Part shown: positions 26,501 through 39,419 of the stretch, piece after piece
How the letters are laid out: each line of letters begins with the position of its first letter
How positions within the stretch are numbered: position 1 is the first letter of the stretch
Origin: Ptychomitrium polyphyllum
Taxonomy: Eukaryota
Length of the DNA stretch: 64,000 bases
Direction: 5' to 3'
Assembly: GCA_973851085.1 (NCBI GenBank)
Contig: OZ316776.1
Coordinates: 13,578,001-13,642,000, forward strand
Notes under the pieces: generated by a model
Seen by the model: only the letters and a program-made list of their open reading frames with translations
Databases searched by the model: none
Told to the model about the DNA's origin: nothing
Program-made: the position numbers and the translations under genes

Positions 26501-27426
26501 TCAATTAGTTACAAAAGCGTCCACAAATGAGGATCTGACTAAGTTACGAGCTATGCTTGCAATTAAAGCCATTTTTGCCTTTTAAAAAGGCGCTTTACAG
26601 CAAACCAAGTTAAATTTTGCATTTTATATACCATTGGTGACTAAAGTGGCTTGTTTATTTGTTCATTTGATATTGCCGTCAGGTTTGTTTGGGAGCACCA
26701 AAATGTGCGACTTGAAGTGGTACATTGATAAACAACAATAATATGCTTATTATTAGCCATAAAAGTGAAACTGCAATTTATATTGTATTATATTGGATTA
26801 ACATGGACTTTGGTGCTTAGCTAGTCATGATTGGTCAATTGCTTATATAAGAGCTATGTTCAAAGGCTTCATTTCTTGAGCCTTGTATTTTTACCATTGT
26901 TACCTCTGTGAGCTAAATAAATCCCTCTTAAAGAAAAATATATTAGTCCACACAACTTTAATTTTAAATGCCAATTATTCAAATTTTGTGTAGTCCATTA
27001 GAATATGTTTAGTTTTGATTTTATGCTTGTTTTATGTAATTGAATTATTTTTACACACGTGACTTGCCGCTAATTATAATAAAAGACCAACTATCAAAAA
27101 AGGCCACATAGAAAATAAATTAATCAAACTTATGTGCCTCACAATCCCTTTAATCTAATAGAACAAGAGCCTAGGCTACCCCTCTATTGCCATGATTGCC
27201 TCCATGACCTCCTTTAGTTCCCAATTCTAGCCGCTAGATCCCTTATCACTTAAACAGCCGCCAATTCCTTGTCCAAAATTCAAATCTAGCAATTCTTATG
27301 GCTATGGAAACTAGACATTGAAGCGGTTCTTTGACAATAAAGTTTGCGGTAATAAAAATTAAGAATGTTGAGAATCTCCTCTCCAAAGTTGATGCTTCCA
27401 ACTCGCAATGCCAGCAAAGTCTTTGT

Positions 27427-28009
27427 TGTCACGGACATAGATCATGCAATATAGTCCTTAGAACATTCTAGAACCTTCTAGTATACTATAATATCTTCTT
27501 AGAATACCTTTAAATGTCTCCATAGCCTTTCCATGTTCTTAGGAAACTTCCTAGGAAAGTCCTTCCACCTTAGGAAATTTCCTAGGAAGGTTTTATCATC
27601 TTAGGTAACTTCTTAGAAAACTTCCTACAAAGATTCCATCACCTTAGGAAACTTCCAAGGAACGTTCCGCTACCTTAGGAAATTTCCAAGGAAGGTTCCA
27701 GCTCCTTGGAAGCTTCTTAGGAAGGTTCTGCTACCTTAGGAAACTTCTTGGGAAGGTTCCCTAGACTTCCAGAACATTCTTAAGCCTTGTAGGAAGCTTC
27801 TTTAGAAGTATCCTAGGAGATACAAACGTCATAGTATAAATAGGAGGCACGACAAGGTATTCCTTAGTCTTGCCAATACAAGTTGTGGATCATCTTGAAT
27901 CCTGCCTTGTTCTAGTCTTTGTATCAAGTTCTTGTTAATCATTAGCTCTTTGGAAGCTAATTTTTGGGAAACACTTCGTTTCTGCTTCTTGTTTCTTGTG
28001 TCCCTAAGA
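27427..28009 (+). mobile_element. Solo LTR of family A with 5-bp TSD TTTGT
   Basis: Homologous to 5456-6039; TTTGT at 27422-27426 and 28010-28014. Confidence 0.95.
27461..27478. promoter_or_regulatory. Perfect 4-unit heat shock element in LTR U3
   Basis: GAAcaTTCtaGAAccTTC; same element at 39368-39385 and 3-unit versions at 5495-5507 and 5796-5808. Confidence 0.65.
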
Positions 28010-28614
28010 TTTGTAACTTAAACTGCCACCAAATCCTTGTTATTGTTCCAAATCAACTGATTATTGTTTGTAAAGGAAGAAGACTTGAAGGTGCTTTTAA
28101 ATAAATTATGATTGCGGCATTCTAGCCTTTAAGCACTAAGAGATGCCTCTCCAAAGTTGCTGCTTTGGAATTATGCAAGCAGCAATCATTAGCACTACCT
28201 TGAGTGCCACAACCTTGTCCTAGCTCTAAACTTTATGATCTTAGGCCATATAAAATCACAACAAGAAGGAACACTTATCTACCAAGTATAAAGACTTAAT
28301 TCTATTGGATTTTTATGCTATGTATAGTTGAAGTTCAACTAGTTCTAGTACATTGCTAATATCTTATTCTTTCCTTACTAAAAATCTTTGTGCAAAACTA
28401 ATGGTCTAAACTACCTTCAAAAATTAACCCCAAGTCTAATTCTTCTTCACTCAAAAACTAAGTATGTACTCAAAAACTAATTCTTTGGTTGCAACACCCC
28501 TTTTTGCTTGCTTCACACCTTTTACACAAAACTTCACTTACCTAACTCCATTCCTATTTGCTACTAAAATTTCCAAATCCTTTGACCATAGCCTTTGTTA
28601 TGACTCTTCTTAAA

Positions 28615-28800
28615 TATAGCTATTGTCCTAAATCTAGCCATTGTTCTAAATTTATCTTTCATTCTAAATTTGGCTATTATTTTAAATTTAGTTGCTATCT
28701 TAACTTAGTATAATCTTAGATTTCAGCGGCCATTCTAATTTAGCCAATAATCTAAATTTAGCAATTATTTTATATTTAATTGATTTCTAAATTTCACCTG
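28615..28800. repeat. Degenerate ~18-bp tandem repeat (consensus ~TTCTAAATTTAGCCATTA)
   Basis: Recurrent CTAAAT(T/C)TA/G at ~18-nt spacing. Confidence 0.6.
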
Positions 28801-28931
28801 TAGGTCTAATTTAAATACTATTCTAAACACTATCACTACTTATTGCTTAATCACTTTATTTACTAACTTGTCTAAATAAAAGAATTTGTCCTTCTTTCTT
28901 TAATTCCTTCCATTCATTGGCCTTACTTATC

Positions 28932-30020
28932 ATGGGTCATGAGCATCCACCTACATTGTAGTTGATTTTCCGCATTGGTTCTAAACCTCTTTACTTGCAC
29001 TTACTTCTACAATGTGTAGTGATTAATGCTATTAACTATAATATTCTAATTGATCAACAAGCATTTTATCTTCTTGGTTTTGGTTTGAATAATTGGACTA
29101 AAGATGCATGGATTAGACCAAGTTAGATTGCAAATGATGGGAGGAAGGAATTCATTCTTGTGGCATCTGCAGTGGCCGCCATGATTATGTCATCAGAGAC
29201 TCTATACAGATGCAACGCACTAGTAGCAAATTTATCTTGTGGATCTATTTTGATGGAAGTAACATTGGCATTTATGGCTAATTCTACAAATCAACTAAGT
29301 CCACCACCATTAGAGGTGCTTACACGCCATTGCAAGGATCTATTTCTATCATGGAGCATGCGTACAAGGCTATCTTAGCAATGCCGGGATATAATGGATT
29401 CTATAAAAGCTTTGAAAGTACCAGTTGCTTCATTCTTATTTGTTTTTTCCACCTTATTTGTTGGCATCCACCAACAAAAGATATTACCCCTGTAGAGCAA
29501 ATTGCGGCCATTGGTACTAGTTTGGCAGCAATTTTGGAAGTTGAAATCAAGGGTAGGCAGTACATTCATGTGGATACTAGATTTGTATCCAAACAAGCCA
29601 TTCAACATCACCTCCAAAGGTTGTTGACTCAATACCTTGAGCAATTAATCCCTTTTTCCAATTAATCCCTTTTGCAAATTCCCTTAAGATGTCACTCTCA
29701 TAAGTGATGAGGATTTGAAAAGGTTGAGCCACACTAACTTGTTCATTGCTAGATGGCATTGTCAAAGTCACCCACATGCTGAGGCCGATCAAGGTTTGAA
29801 TGATCCTTGGTCTAATCTTTTTGTGACTTAATGCTGCTCACTAAGTGGTGGTTGGCTCATCAATTCCAGCCGCAGGGGTACATATTTGAGAATGTGCCTC
29901 TAATGGGGTATATATGGCAAAAGATTATAGAAGATGAATATTATATTTGCCAACTCTTTGGTCTTCCAATCTATATAGATGTCAAGGCATTGGGATCTTT
30001 TACACATTATGCTCGTTGGT
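28932..30020 (+). pseudogene. Relic retropepsin C-terminal half followed by a C5 cytosine DNA methyltransferase domain, truncated by an LTR insertion at 30021
   Basis: CVVINAINYNILIDQQ (retropepsin C-terminal-like); motif I-like ITPVEQIAAIGTSLAAILE (29483); motif IV-like LFIARWHCQSHPHAE..GLNDPWS (Cys 29760-29762); motif VI YIFENVP (ENV 29888-29896); motif VIII-like IDVKALGSFTHYARW (29975-30019). Order and spacing correct, two frameshifts within the MTase part. Confidence 0.78.
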
Positions 30021-31245
30021 TGTTAAGGTTGATAACGGTTAAGATTAGTAACTACCAAGTTATTAATAATTTGATAGTTTTTTTATTGGAAATCCTTATC
30101 TAAAAAATATCAACTATCCTATTATTGTATTTGGTAACTACCAAGTATTCTAAGGCTTGGTAGTTCCATACTGGAGAGTCTGAATCTAGAAAAAGCGATC
30201 TATATAAATTTATAGTTAACACTAACAAATGAAAGAGACATGGTAGTGTTAAAGAGCAACTATGAGTTACTATAGAACTTGCTAAAATGAAAAATCTTGC
30301 ATATAAATATATACTCAAAAATAAAACTGATAAATAAATCAAAGAATGGAGTGTACAACTTGTTTTATAAAAAAATACCAAAAACAACGCACCCTCAACT
30401 CTCTTGATTGAGGATTTAAATATTGGATTCAAGATCCTATAAAAGCAAATCTATATTTATTTGTTTGAGCTAATAGACTGTTACTATCATCCGGTAGTTA
30501 CCGTTGGAAGATGTCCAGTAGTACCGATAGGGAAAGATTGATAGAGAAAGTCCAGTAGTACCAATAGGGAAAGATTGATAGAGAAAGTCCAGTAGTACTG
30601 AGTATAACATCTAGTAGCTTAGTAATATTATCCCCCTTTTAAACTAAGTTTACTCTTGGAAATTCAAAAAATTGATCTACTAGGATATCTTTTAAATTTG
30701 AAAACAGCAAGGTGTTTGGCGTGCAAAAGGAAGAGCAGAATGGAGAGGAAATGTAGGTGTGGTAGCATTATAGAAAAAATTGGAAGAAGTTGACGTCTAA
30801 GAGATGAAATAGAGAGATCAATACTAGGAAGAAGAGAAGATGCAAGATTAAAGAAATTGGTGTCAATAGGTAGGAGACAAGAGGTGGTAGGTAAGGAAGA
30901 ATTGTGGGGAATCTAAGGCAAAGATTGATCAATACCTAAAATCAGACTAACAAAGTGTTTGTCATTTGAATCATAGATACAAAGAACAACGAGTCCATTA
31001 CCAAATGATTGTCTTTCCATCCTGAAAAGCTATGTTGATAATGGTGAAAGATAACATCTTAGTAATAAATGGTGGTGTAGGCATTCTGGAAGTGCTGACA
31101 ATTCTTTGTAAGTTGAAGTGCGCCTCTAAGTACCAATATTCCGTCTTGAATTAGAAGACCTTAATAGTCTTTGCATATTGTCAGCATTATGTGTATTTGA
31201 TTGTAAATTGCTTCATTTGCTAATGAAGTACAATATAAAGAAGCG

Positions 31246-34200
31246 TTTCACAAACATACATATTAGAAGCATCTGGATAGACTCCTAAAAGAATTAGGAA
31301 GCATACAAAGAAGTTTTCACGACTATGCAAACTTCCAAGGAAATTAATTTGCATTAGGATGCTCTCAAGGAAGTTTCCATAAACTTAAGAAGATTCCAAG
31401 GAAGTTGCCAATGCTAAGGAAGCTTCAAACGAAGCAACTCAAGGTAACCTGAGAACAAAGCAATGTAAGTGAAGCTTTTCAAGAAACTTCCAAGGCTTAT
31501 AGTTCTAATATATATAGGAATCAAGACTGAAGAGCTCTTCAGTCTCAACAATGCATCTCTTGTGGTCTAATTCATACCTTCTGGCCTTGTGTTTTGTGCC
31601 TTGCTATAGTTCTATACCTCTAATATACTTAAACTTATTTAGTTTCACATCTTGGAATCTTGAAGCCTTGTCTTGTGGTTACTCTATCCATAATAGTTTG
31701 TCGAGATTGTCATACAATAATATTAGAGCTTGGTCTTTCTTGATAGAAAGCGGATCACCCTTCTTTCATGAAAGCACTATAGCACTCTAGAAGTTGCGGA
31801 TTACCCTCCTCTAGATTGATATTTCTTCTTGAGTTTTCTTTGAATTATTGCGTAATTAGTAGTTTTTATCTAATCCCACTTCATTTCTATGCCAGAAGGT
31901 GAAGAAGTCAATATGAGTGATTTAAAAGAAATAAAGTGAGATTCCACTATCAATGCCTTTGAAGCATTGAGGATCAAGACCAAAATTTTATCCAAGAAAA
32001 ACGAAGAACTGTACTTGACCATACATAATGATCAAGGAGCAGAAGCACCGTAGTTGCTATTCCAAATCAACTTAGGTACTTTATTGTCTAGACTTGATTT
32101 AGTAGACAATGGACAAGTTCAAGGCAGCAATTCAATTTCAAGAGCCAAAGAACCAAGAATCAGCATTTTGAAGAAGTTTGATGGTATGCGTTTGAAATTC
32201 TAAGGCTTTGTAAATCAAGTTCAATTTGTTACCTTGCTTCAACCTTGACGGTATTTTACGAACGCTTTGCGTGTTGGTTTGGTAGGAACATTGCTCTCAG
32301 GGCAAACACTGTTATAATTTGTACCACTTTTTGAGAATAATTCTTCAATATTTAGCAACTTTGATATACTCTTAGCCACATTTGCAGAAGCATTTGGTGA
32401 CCATGACAATCTCCGTTCTGCAACTACTAAGATTTGTGCCTTGCGCTAAGGGTCACGTTCTTGGTCACCTATTGCATTGAAATTTTGACAACTTGCATGC
32501 AACATCAATTGGAGAGACGAAGCGCTGATGAATCAATTTCATTAGAACATACGCGACGAGGTTAAAGATTTATTTCTATGAATGCCAGATTCCCAAATAC
32601 TTGATGAGGCCATCATCCAAGTTTTGAAGTGCAATAATCGTCTATTTCAACATCAACAAGATAAACACACTTTGATTATGCCTCGACCTTATACCAATTT
32701 TTCAATAACTACAGTCTCATCTACCTCTCATAAGTTTTTGGAAGCAAAAGCCATGCAGATTGATGCGGTTTGCTTCAAACCCCTTATCGAATATGAGAAG
32801 AAGCGACAAAGGGAGCAAGGGTTGTGTTTGTACTAAGGAAAATTTGGCCACAAGGTTGATAACTGCCTAGAGAAACCTCTACGTACATATCGGATGAGAG
32901 GTATAACCACCATGCCAAATGCTTTGCAGGAAAACAAGGACGTCCAGCCACAGTAGGGACCGTGCGGCTGAATCTGCTTCCTTCGCAAGAAAACAAATGT
33001 CTTGTTCTATCAACCCACCTTTCTTCTTGTTTTACTATACATGTTTGTTTAGGTGTTCAAAAGCTCAAAAGCCTTGCTCTAATAGAAACAGGAGCCTTTG
33101 CTTGCTTTATTGACAAATAATTATTAGGAATCCATAAGTTTTTTTTTATTAGAAAATCCAAACCCGCTCATGTAGAGGCCATAGATGGTCGATTGTTATC
33201 TTCCAAAGATGCTTTTATGAGACCAATCCATTAACAATAACATTAAACAACCATAGTAGCCAAGTGATATTTAATGTCATTAGTATTGCGTCAAGTCCCA
33301 TCATTTTAGGACTTTCTTAGCTTGAAAAGTACAACTTGTCAAGAGATTGGACATCCCGCAAAATAGAATTTCCATCATTAGAACTTGTAACTACTAAACC
33401 TATGGAGGAAGCTTAAGTATCTTATAAATCTAAGACCAGAAAGCCTCTCATTATTGGAGCTAGAGCATTTATGAAAGCAGCAACGATTGGTGTTTTTTTT
33501 CCTGTATATGCAACTCCAACGTCCAAAGTTGTGGCTTCATCTTCAACCGTTCCAAAAAAGTATGAAAAATTCAACGATGTATTTGAAAGAAAAATACAGA
33601 CATCCTATCAAAACATTGTTCCTACAATTGTGTCATAGACCTTCAAGATGGCGCCCAGCCACCATTTGGACCTATCTATAATTTATCCCAAAACGAGCTT
33701 TCATCGCTGAGGGAGTGTATTGATGAAAACTTAGCCAAGAACTTCATTTGACATTCAAAGTTTCTTGTTGATGCTTCAATACTTTTTGTAAAGAAGAAAG
33801 ATGGATCTTTACAAATGTGTGTTGATTACGGCGGCCTCAACAAAATGACGGTGAAGAACCGATATCTATTGTTGTTGATATCTAAACTTCTTGATCAACT
33901 TGGTCAAGTAAAGATCTATACCAAAATAGATCTACAAGGAGCCTACAATTTTGTGTGTATCAAAGAAGGAGACAAATGGAAGACGCCTTTTTAAACAAGG
34001 TATGGAAATTTTGAATACAATGTCATGCCTTTTGAACTTATCAACGCACCCGCCATTTTTTAGCACTTGATGAATGACATAATTTGGGAGTGCCTCAACA
34101 ATTTTATCGTATGCTATTTGAATGATATCTTGATCTATTCAAAGAATTCAGAAGAACATGAATGACATGTCCACATAGTCCTACAAAAGCTATGAGATGC

Positions 34201-37200
34201 CGATTTATATGCCAAGCTAGAGAAATGTGTATTCCATGAATTTCAAGTGGAATTACTTGGATATGTCATCTCCAACAAAGGACTATTAATGGACCCATAG
34301 AAGGTTGAAGCAATTGGCAATTAGACAAGGCCAAAACTGGTACGAGATGTCCAATGTTTTCTTAGATTTGCAAACTTCTATAGGATCTTCATCAAGGACT
34401 ATTCTTGAACAGCTGCACCACTCCCACGACTAATATGCAAGGAAAAGCTTGAGTGGGGATCTGATGCTGAGGATGCATTCTAAAATTTGAAGCGAGATTT
34501 TACCACAGTTCCTATTCTAATCCATCCGGACTTTTCAGAGCAATTTTATATTAAAATAGATGCTTCCAACTTTACACTAGGAGCAATTTTGTCACAAATG
34601 GGAAGAGAAGGGAGACTCCATTTGATTGCATTCCATTCCAAAAAAAATTTAGCTGCAAAATTCAACTACAAGATCCACAACAAGGAACTCCTTGCAATTG
34701 TGAATTCCTTCCAAGAATGGCGTTACTTGCTTGAGGATGCCACGCATCCAATTATTGTATATACAAATCACAAGAACTTGCAATATTTCATGTCAACTCG
34801 TGTTTTGAATTGCCGCCAAGCTCGTTGGAGTATGTCTTTATTTTTATTTGATTTTTGCATCACATATTGACCCAAAAAACAACAAAGGTTGTCAGATGCT
34901 TTGTCAAGGCAATCATATCTTGCGCCAAAGGAGGGAGAGCCAGCACACAATCAACAAAGAACAACTTTGTTGAAACTCAAACGATTTTGTGTATGCTCAA
35001 CCACCATTTCAATTTCGGTGGATTCATTGTTCCTTAACCAGGTTTATGTGGCATCTACCAAAGATCCTCTTATTCTTGATATCAAGCGTTGTTACAACAA
35101 TCTTTCTGAAGATGTGTCTAAGATCAAATTAGAAAACAACCTTATCTATTTTGAAGAACGTCTATATATTCCTGAAGGACCAGTTTGCCTTCGTATACTT
35201 CAAACACGTCATGACTTTCCTACAGTTGGACATTTTGGATTTAATAAAACCTTGGAACTCCTCTGTCTTGACTTTTGGTGGCCTCAAATGTGAAAGGCCG
35301 CAAAGGAGTTTGTACTCTCGTGTGATACTTGTTGTTGGTTGAAGAACCCTCGACATCGTCTATATGGACTTTTCCAACCACTACTTATTCCAAGGCAATT
35401 GTGGTCGTCCGTTTCAATGGATTTCATTACAAATCTTTCACTGTCAAATTTTTTGGTACCATCTTTGTTGTGATAGACTGATTGACTAAGATGGCACATT
35501 TTGTACCTTTCAAGAAGACAATTACAGGTGAAGAGACTGCCACACTCTTCATGGATAATATCTACCGCTACCATGGGTTATTCAACAATATTGTATCGAA
35601 TTATAGGCCACAATTTATGTCAAGATTTTGGAAGTTGCTCTTTGAAATCCTTCAGTGGACGTCAAACTCTCTTCTGCCTTCCATCCTCAAACCGATGGCC
35701 AAACAGAGCAAGTCAACCAGATCTTGGAGCAATATTTGAAATGTACCATCAACTACCAACAAAGATGATTGGACTTCTTACTTGACATTGGCTGAATTTG
35801 CCTACAACAATACTGCTCACGCTTCCACCCAACAAATGCCATTCTACTCCATCTATGGACATCATCCAAACATGGATATGTTATAGCCTCCACAACCTAA
35901 GAATCTAGCAGCAGAGGAATTTGCCACAAGAATGGCAAAGCTTCAAACAACCATGAAGTCTCAACCACAAGAAGCTCAGGAACAATACAAAATAGCAGCA
36001 GATGCAACAAGGAAGGAAAGACTTCCATTCCAAGTTGGTGAAAAAGTGTAGCTCCTTCGATACAATATAAGGACCAATAGGCCATGTGACAAGTTGGATT
36101 ATTGCAGATTGGAACCATTTGCAATCAGAAAACAAATCAACCAAGTGGCATATTGTTTGGAACTACCAACATCAATGAAGGTATTTTCCATCTTCCACGT
36201 TTCAATTTTGGGAAGTTATAAGGAATCGAGTATCCCTAGACAAAGGCAGTGGCCACTACTTGCGGTCAAAATTAACGAGTTTCATGAATTTGAAATAGAA
36301 GAAGTGCTTGACTCACGGATAAGACGTGGAGAGTTGGAATATCTGGTTCATTGGTGCGGATATGACATCAATGAACGTACATGGGAGCCAACTAATAATC
36401 TTGCCCAATTTTCCAATAAAAATATGTGAATTCCACTGACAACATCCATCCAAATTAAAAGTAGCAGCACAATGAATAGTGGCATGGTAATGTTGCGTAA
36501 CCTTGAAGGCTTTTGATGCTTGGGCTTTTAATCATGAGAGAAAATAATTCTTAAATTATAAGTTTCCAAAGCCTTAGATGTGATTTAGAAATTAGTTGTT
36601 TGTATTTTGAAGTTTGTCGTTGTTGTTTGAGACTAGCTCGATATATTAGATAAAGACAATGAAGATGCAAATACCATGCCAGTGGTGTCAACCCAACCAA
36701 GTGGCTCTTATGGACAAATTCGTAATGAAGAATAGATTGGACAAAGAAGATGTCGAAGGATACCTAGCAATAGATCGTTGGTGATTGTCTTTGAAGTGGA
36801 GCTAGCTTATGAAGGTTATATAGAAGCTGTATTTGATGGACGCTTTTATAACAAAGATATGGAAGTTCATGCTTGGTTCCAAGTAGAAGGCGTTGGATAC
36901 TATTGGTGGTTATAAGGATCCATGAACCATTTGAATTGTAAAAGGCAATTGAAGTATGTTGCGGACACCATGCGACAAGTTTTTGACTTCTTACGACTCT
37001 GAGCACTTGTTGCATCATGCTCTTTGGAGGCCTTGGAGCTAGAAAGGGAGGTGATGTCACGGACATACATATTAGAAGCATCTAGAAAGGTTCTTAGAAG
37101 GTTTAGAAAACTTCCAAGGAAATTACCTCGGCTTAGGAAGCTTTGAAGTAAGTTATCTCAACCTAAGAAGCTTCCAAACAAGTTGCCTCGACTTAGAAAG

Positions 37201-37473
37201 CTTCCAAGGAAACAACTCAAGGTTGTTTGAGTACAAAAAAATGTAGTAGAATCTTTCTAAAAAGATTCTTAGGCTTGTAGTTCTAGTATATATAGGAGTC
37301 AAGGCTGAAGGGATCTTTAAGCTTGACAACGCATCACTTGTGGTTTAACTCTAAGTTTCTGGCCTTATCTTTGTATCTTGTTATAGCTTTCTATTTTTAA
37401 TATACGTTGGACATATCTCATTCAACATCCTAGAATCTTGAAGCCTTATCCTGTAGTTATTATGTTCGTAAGA
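31246..37473 (+). mobile_element. Ty3/Gypsy chromovirus element B (related to A, heavily decayed); LTRs 31246-31695 and 37055-37473
   Basis: gag (KFDG.., GLCLY), RT/RNase H (IDASNF, HNKELLAIV), integrase (GHFGFNKT), chromodomain (EIEEVLDSR..EYLVHWCGY..TWEP), PPT AGAAAGGGAGGTGA 37041-37054. Many stops. Confidence 0.92.
36676..37002 (+). pseudogene. Extra small ORF (ORF3) of element B, two internal stops
   Basis: MPVVSTQ...QRRCRR..RSLVIVFEVE..VFDGRF..L*GSMNHLNCKRQLKYVADTMRQVFDFLRL*; homologous to 4990-5400. Confidence 0.7.
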
Positions 37474-38804
37474 GAAAGAGGTTATTTAGAGTTTCATAAG
37501 GAAATTAGATTTGATGGAATATAAATCGGGTCTATTTTCTCTCATTGAGGGTACTATCAAATAATAATAATTAAACCAAAAGGTTAGTTTTATCATTTAA
37601 AATAAGTGCCAATAAGGCTTTCGACAATGATATTCATTATTAGTTTTTTTGGTTTGGTAATTGGGATATGAAAGGGCTTTTCAAATAGGAAAGTGGACTA
37701 GAGGTAGGATTATGGATGAAGGTGGAATTAGTGGATGAATTATTAGATGGTGTCTTGATCTATTAATAACTAGTGGAAAAGGTAGGAAAGTGTGAAAATG
37801 ACCAGAGGGGAGATGGTGTAGAATAAACAAATTTAGTATCCAATAGATCCCAAGGGTGAGAGATATCAAAGTTGTAGTTTGGAGATGGTGGATTAGCAGG
37901 AGTAGAAAAGGAATTGGTCGTAGGACTATCAAAAATGCTATATGGATGTGGTATGTGGAAAGAGTTTAAAATTGGATTAGACTTAAATTCTTGCCACGAG
38001 GATGATACGGATGGTATCAGTTGTAAGATGAGAAAATGTGACATTTGAACTAAGACATAAGCGTTATCTTCACGTGTCCATCAATTGAGTGGGATTTGGA
38101 ATGAGGCACTAAGCTAATGGACTTGTTATTGGAAGATTGAGAAGTCATTCTAAAATTTGCATGGAGCATATGTAGAATACAAACTATCGGGTGGATTTGG
38201 TAGCTAAATAGAGTGAGGACGGGGAGGAAAATGAGAATGAAGAGTGTTTTCAGCCATTTGAGGACGTTGGGTATATAGTAGGAGATCTATCTGCAAGGTC
38301 CAAAGGAAAGAAGAATTTGTAATTGTAGGAAATGGAAGATTTAGAGTATAAAAAATATGTGCTGGGTGTGAATTAGTACGTTGAATGAAAGTAAGTTCTA
38401 AAAGAGGTGGAGGTACTTATCCACGGGTGTGAGGGCACCTCATAAATTTGGAAGAGTAGACATTGGGAAATAAGGCTAGAGTATACATATATTTGTTGGT
38501 ATATGAAGAGGAATTGACTAGTTTTGGAGGAATGGTACAGAGCAAGTGAAACCTATTTGAAATACTACATAGTCGCCAAATAATAAGGTTAGTAACGATT
38601 TAGATTAATAACTACCAAGTTATCAATAACTTGATAGTTTTTTTTATTAAAAATCCTTATCTAAAAAATGTCAACTATACCATTATTGTGATTGGTAACT
38701 ACCAAGTATTCTAAGGCTTGGTAGTTCCATACTGGAGAGTCTGAATCTAGAAAAAGCGATCTATATAAATTTATAGTTAACACTAACAAATGAAAGAGAC
38801 ATGG

Positions 38805-39419
38805 TGTTAGGGACACAAGAAACAAGAAGCAGAAATGAAGTGTTTCCCAAGAATTAGCTTCCAAAGAGCTAATGATTAACAAGAACTTTGATACAAAGAC
38901 TAGAACAAGGCAGGATTCAAGATGATCCACAACTTGTGTTGGAAAGACTAAGGAATACCTTGTCTTGCCTCTTATTTATACTAGGACGTTTGTATCTCCT
39001 AGGATACTTCTAAAGAAGCTTCTTACAAGGCTTAAGAATGTTTTGGAAGTCTAGGGAACCTTCCCAAGAAGTTTCCTAAGATGTTGGAACCTTCCTAAGA
39101 AGCTTCCAAGGAGTTGGAATCTTCCTTGCAAGTTTTTTAAGATAGCGGAATCTTCTTAGGAAGTTTCCTAAGGAGATAGAACCTTCCTAGGAAGTTTCCT
39201 AAGGTGATGGAACCTTCCTAGGAAGTTTCCTAGGAAATAACCTAAGATGATAGAACCTTCTTAGGAAGTTTCCTAAGATGGAGGAACTTTCTTAGGAAGC
39301 TTCCTAAAAACATAAAAAGGCTATGGAGACATCTAAAAGTATTCTAAGAAGCTATTATAGTATACTAGAAGGTTCTAGAATGTTCTAAAGACTATGGTGC
39401 ATGATTTATGTCCGTGACA
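38805..39419 (-). mobile_element. Solo LTR of family A inserted in the LTR of element C, TSD CATGG
   Basis: Reverse complement of the family A LTR; CATGG at 38800-38804 and 39420-39424; the paired LTR shows the empty site with one CATGG at 30239-30243. Confidence 0.96.

Noticed and set aside
30100..30432. Hydrophobic ORF repeated at 38661-38930
   Set aside because: Both lie in the LTRs of element C; AT-rich chance ORF.
31241..37478. TSD for element B
   Set aside because: Flanks AAGCG and GAAAG do not match convincingly; the element is too decayed to call one.
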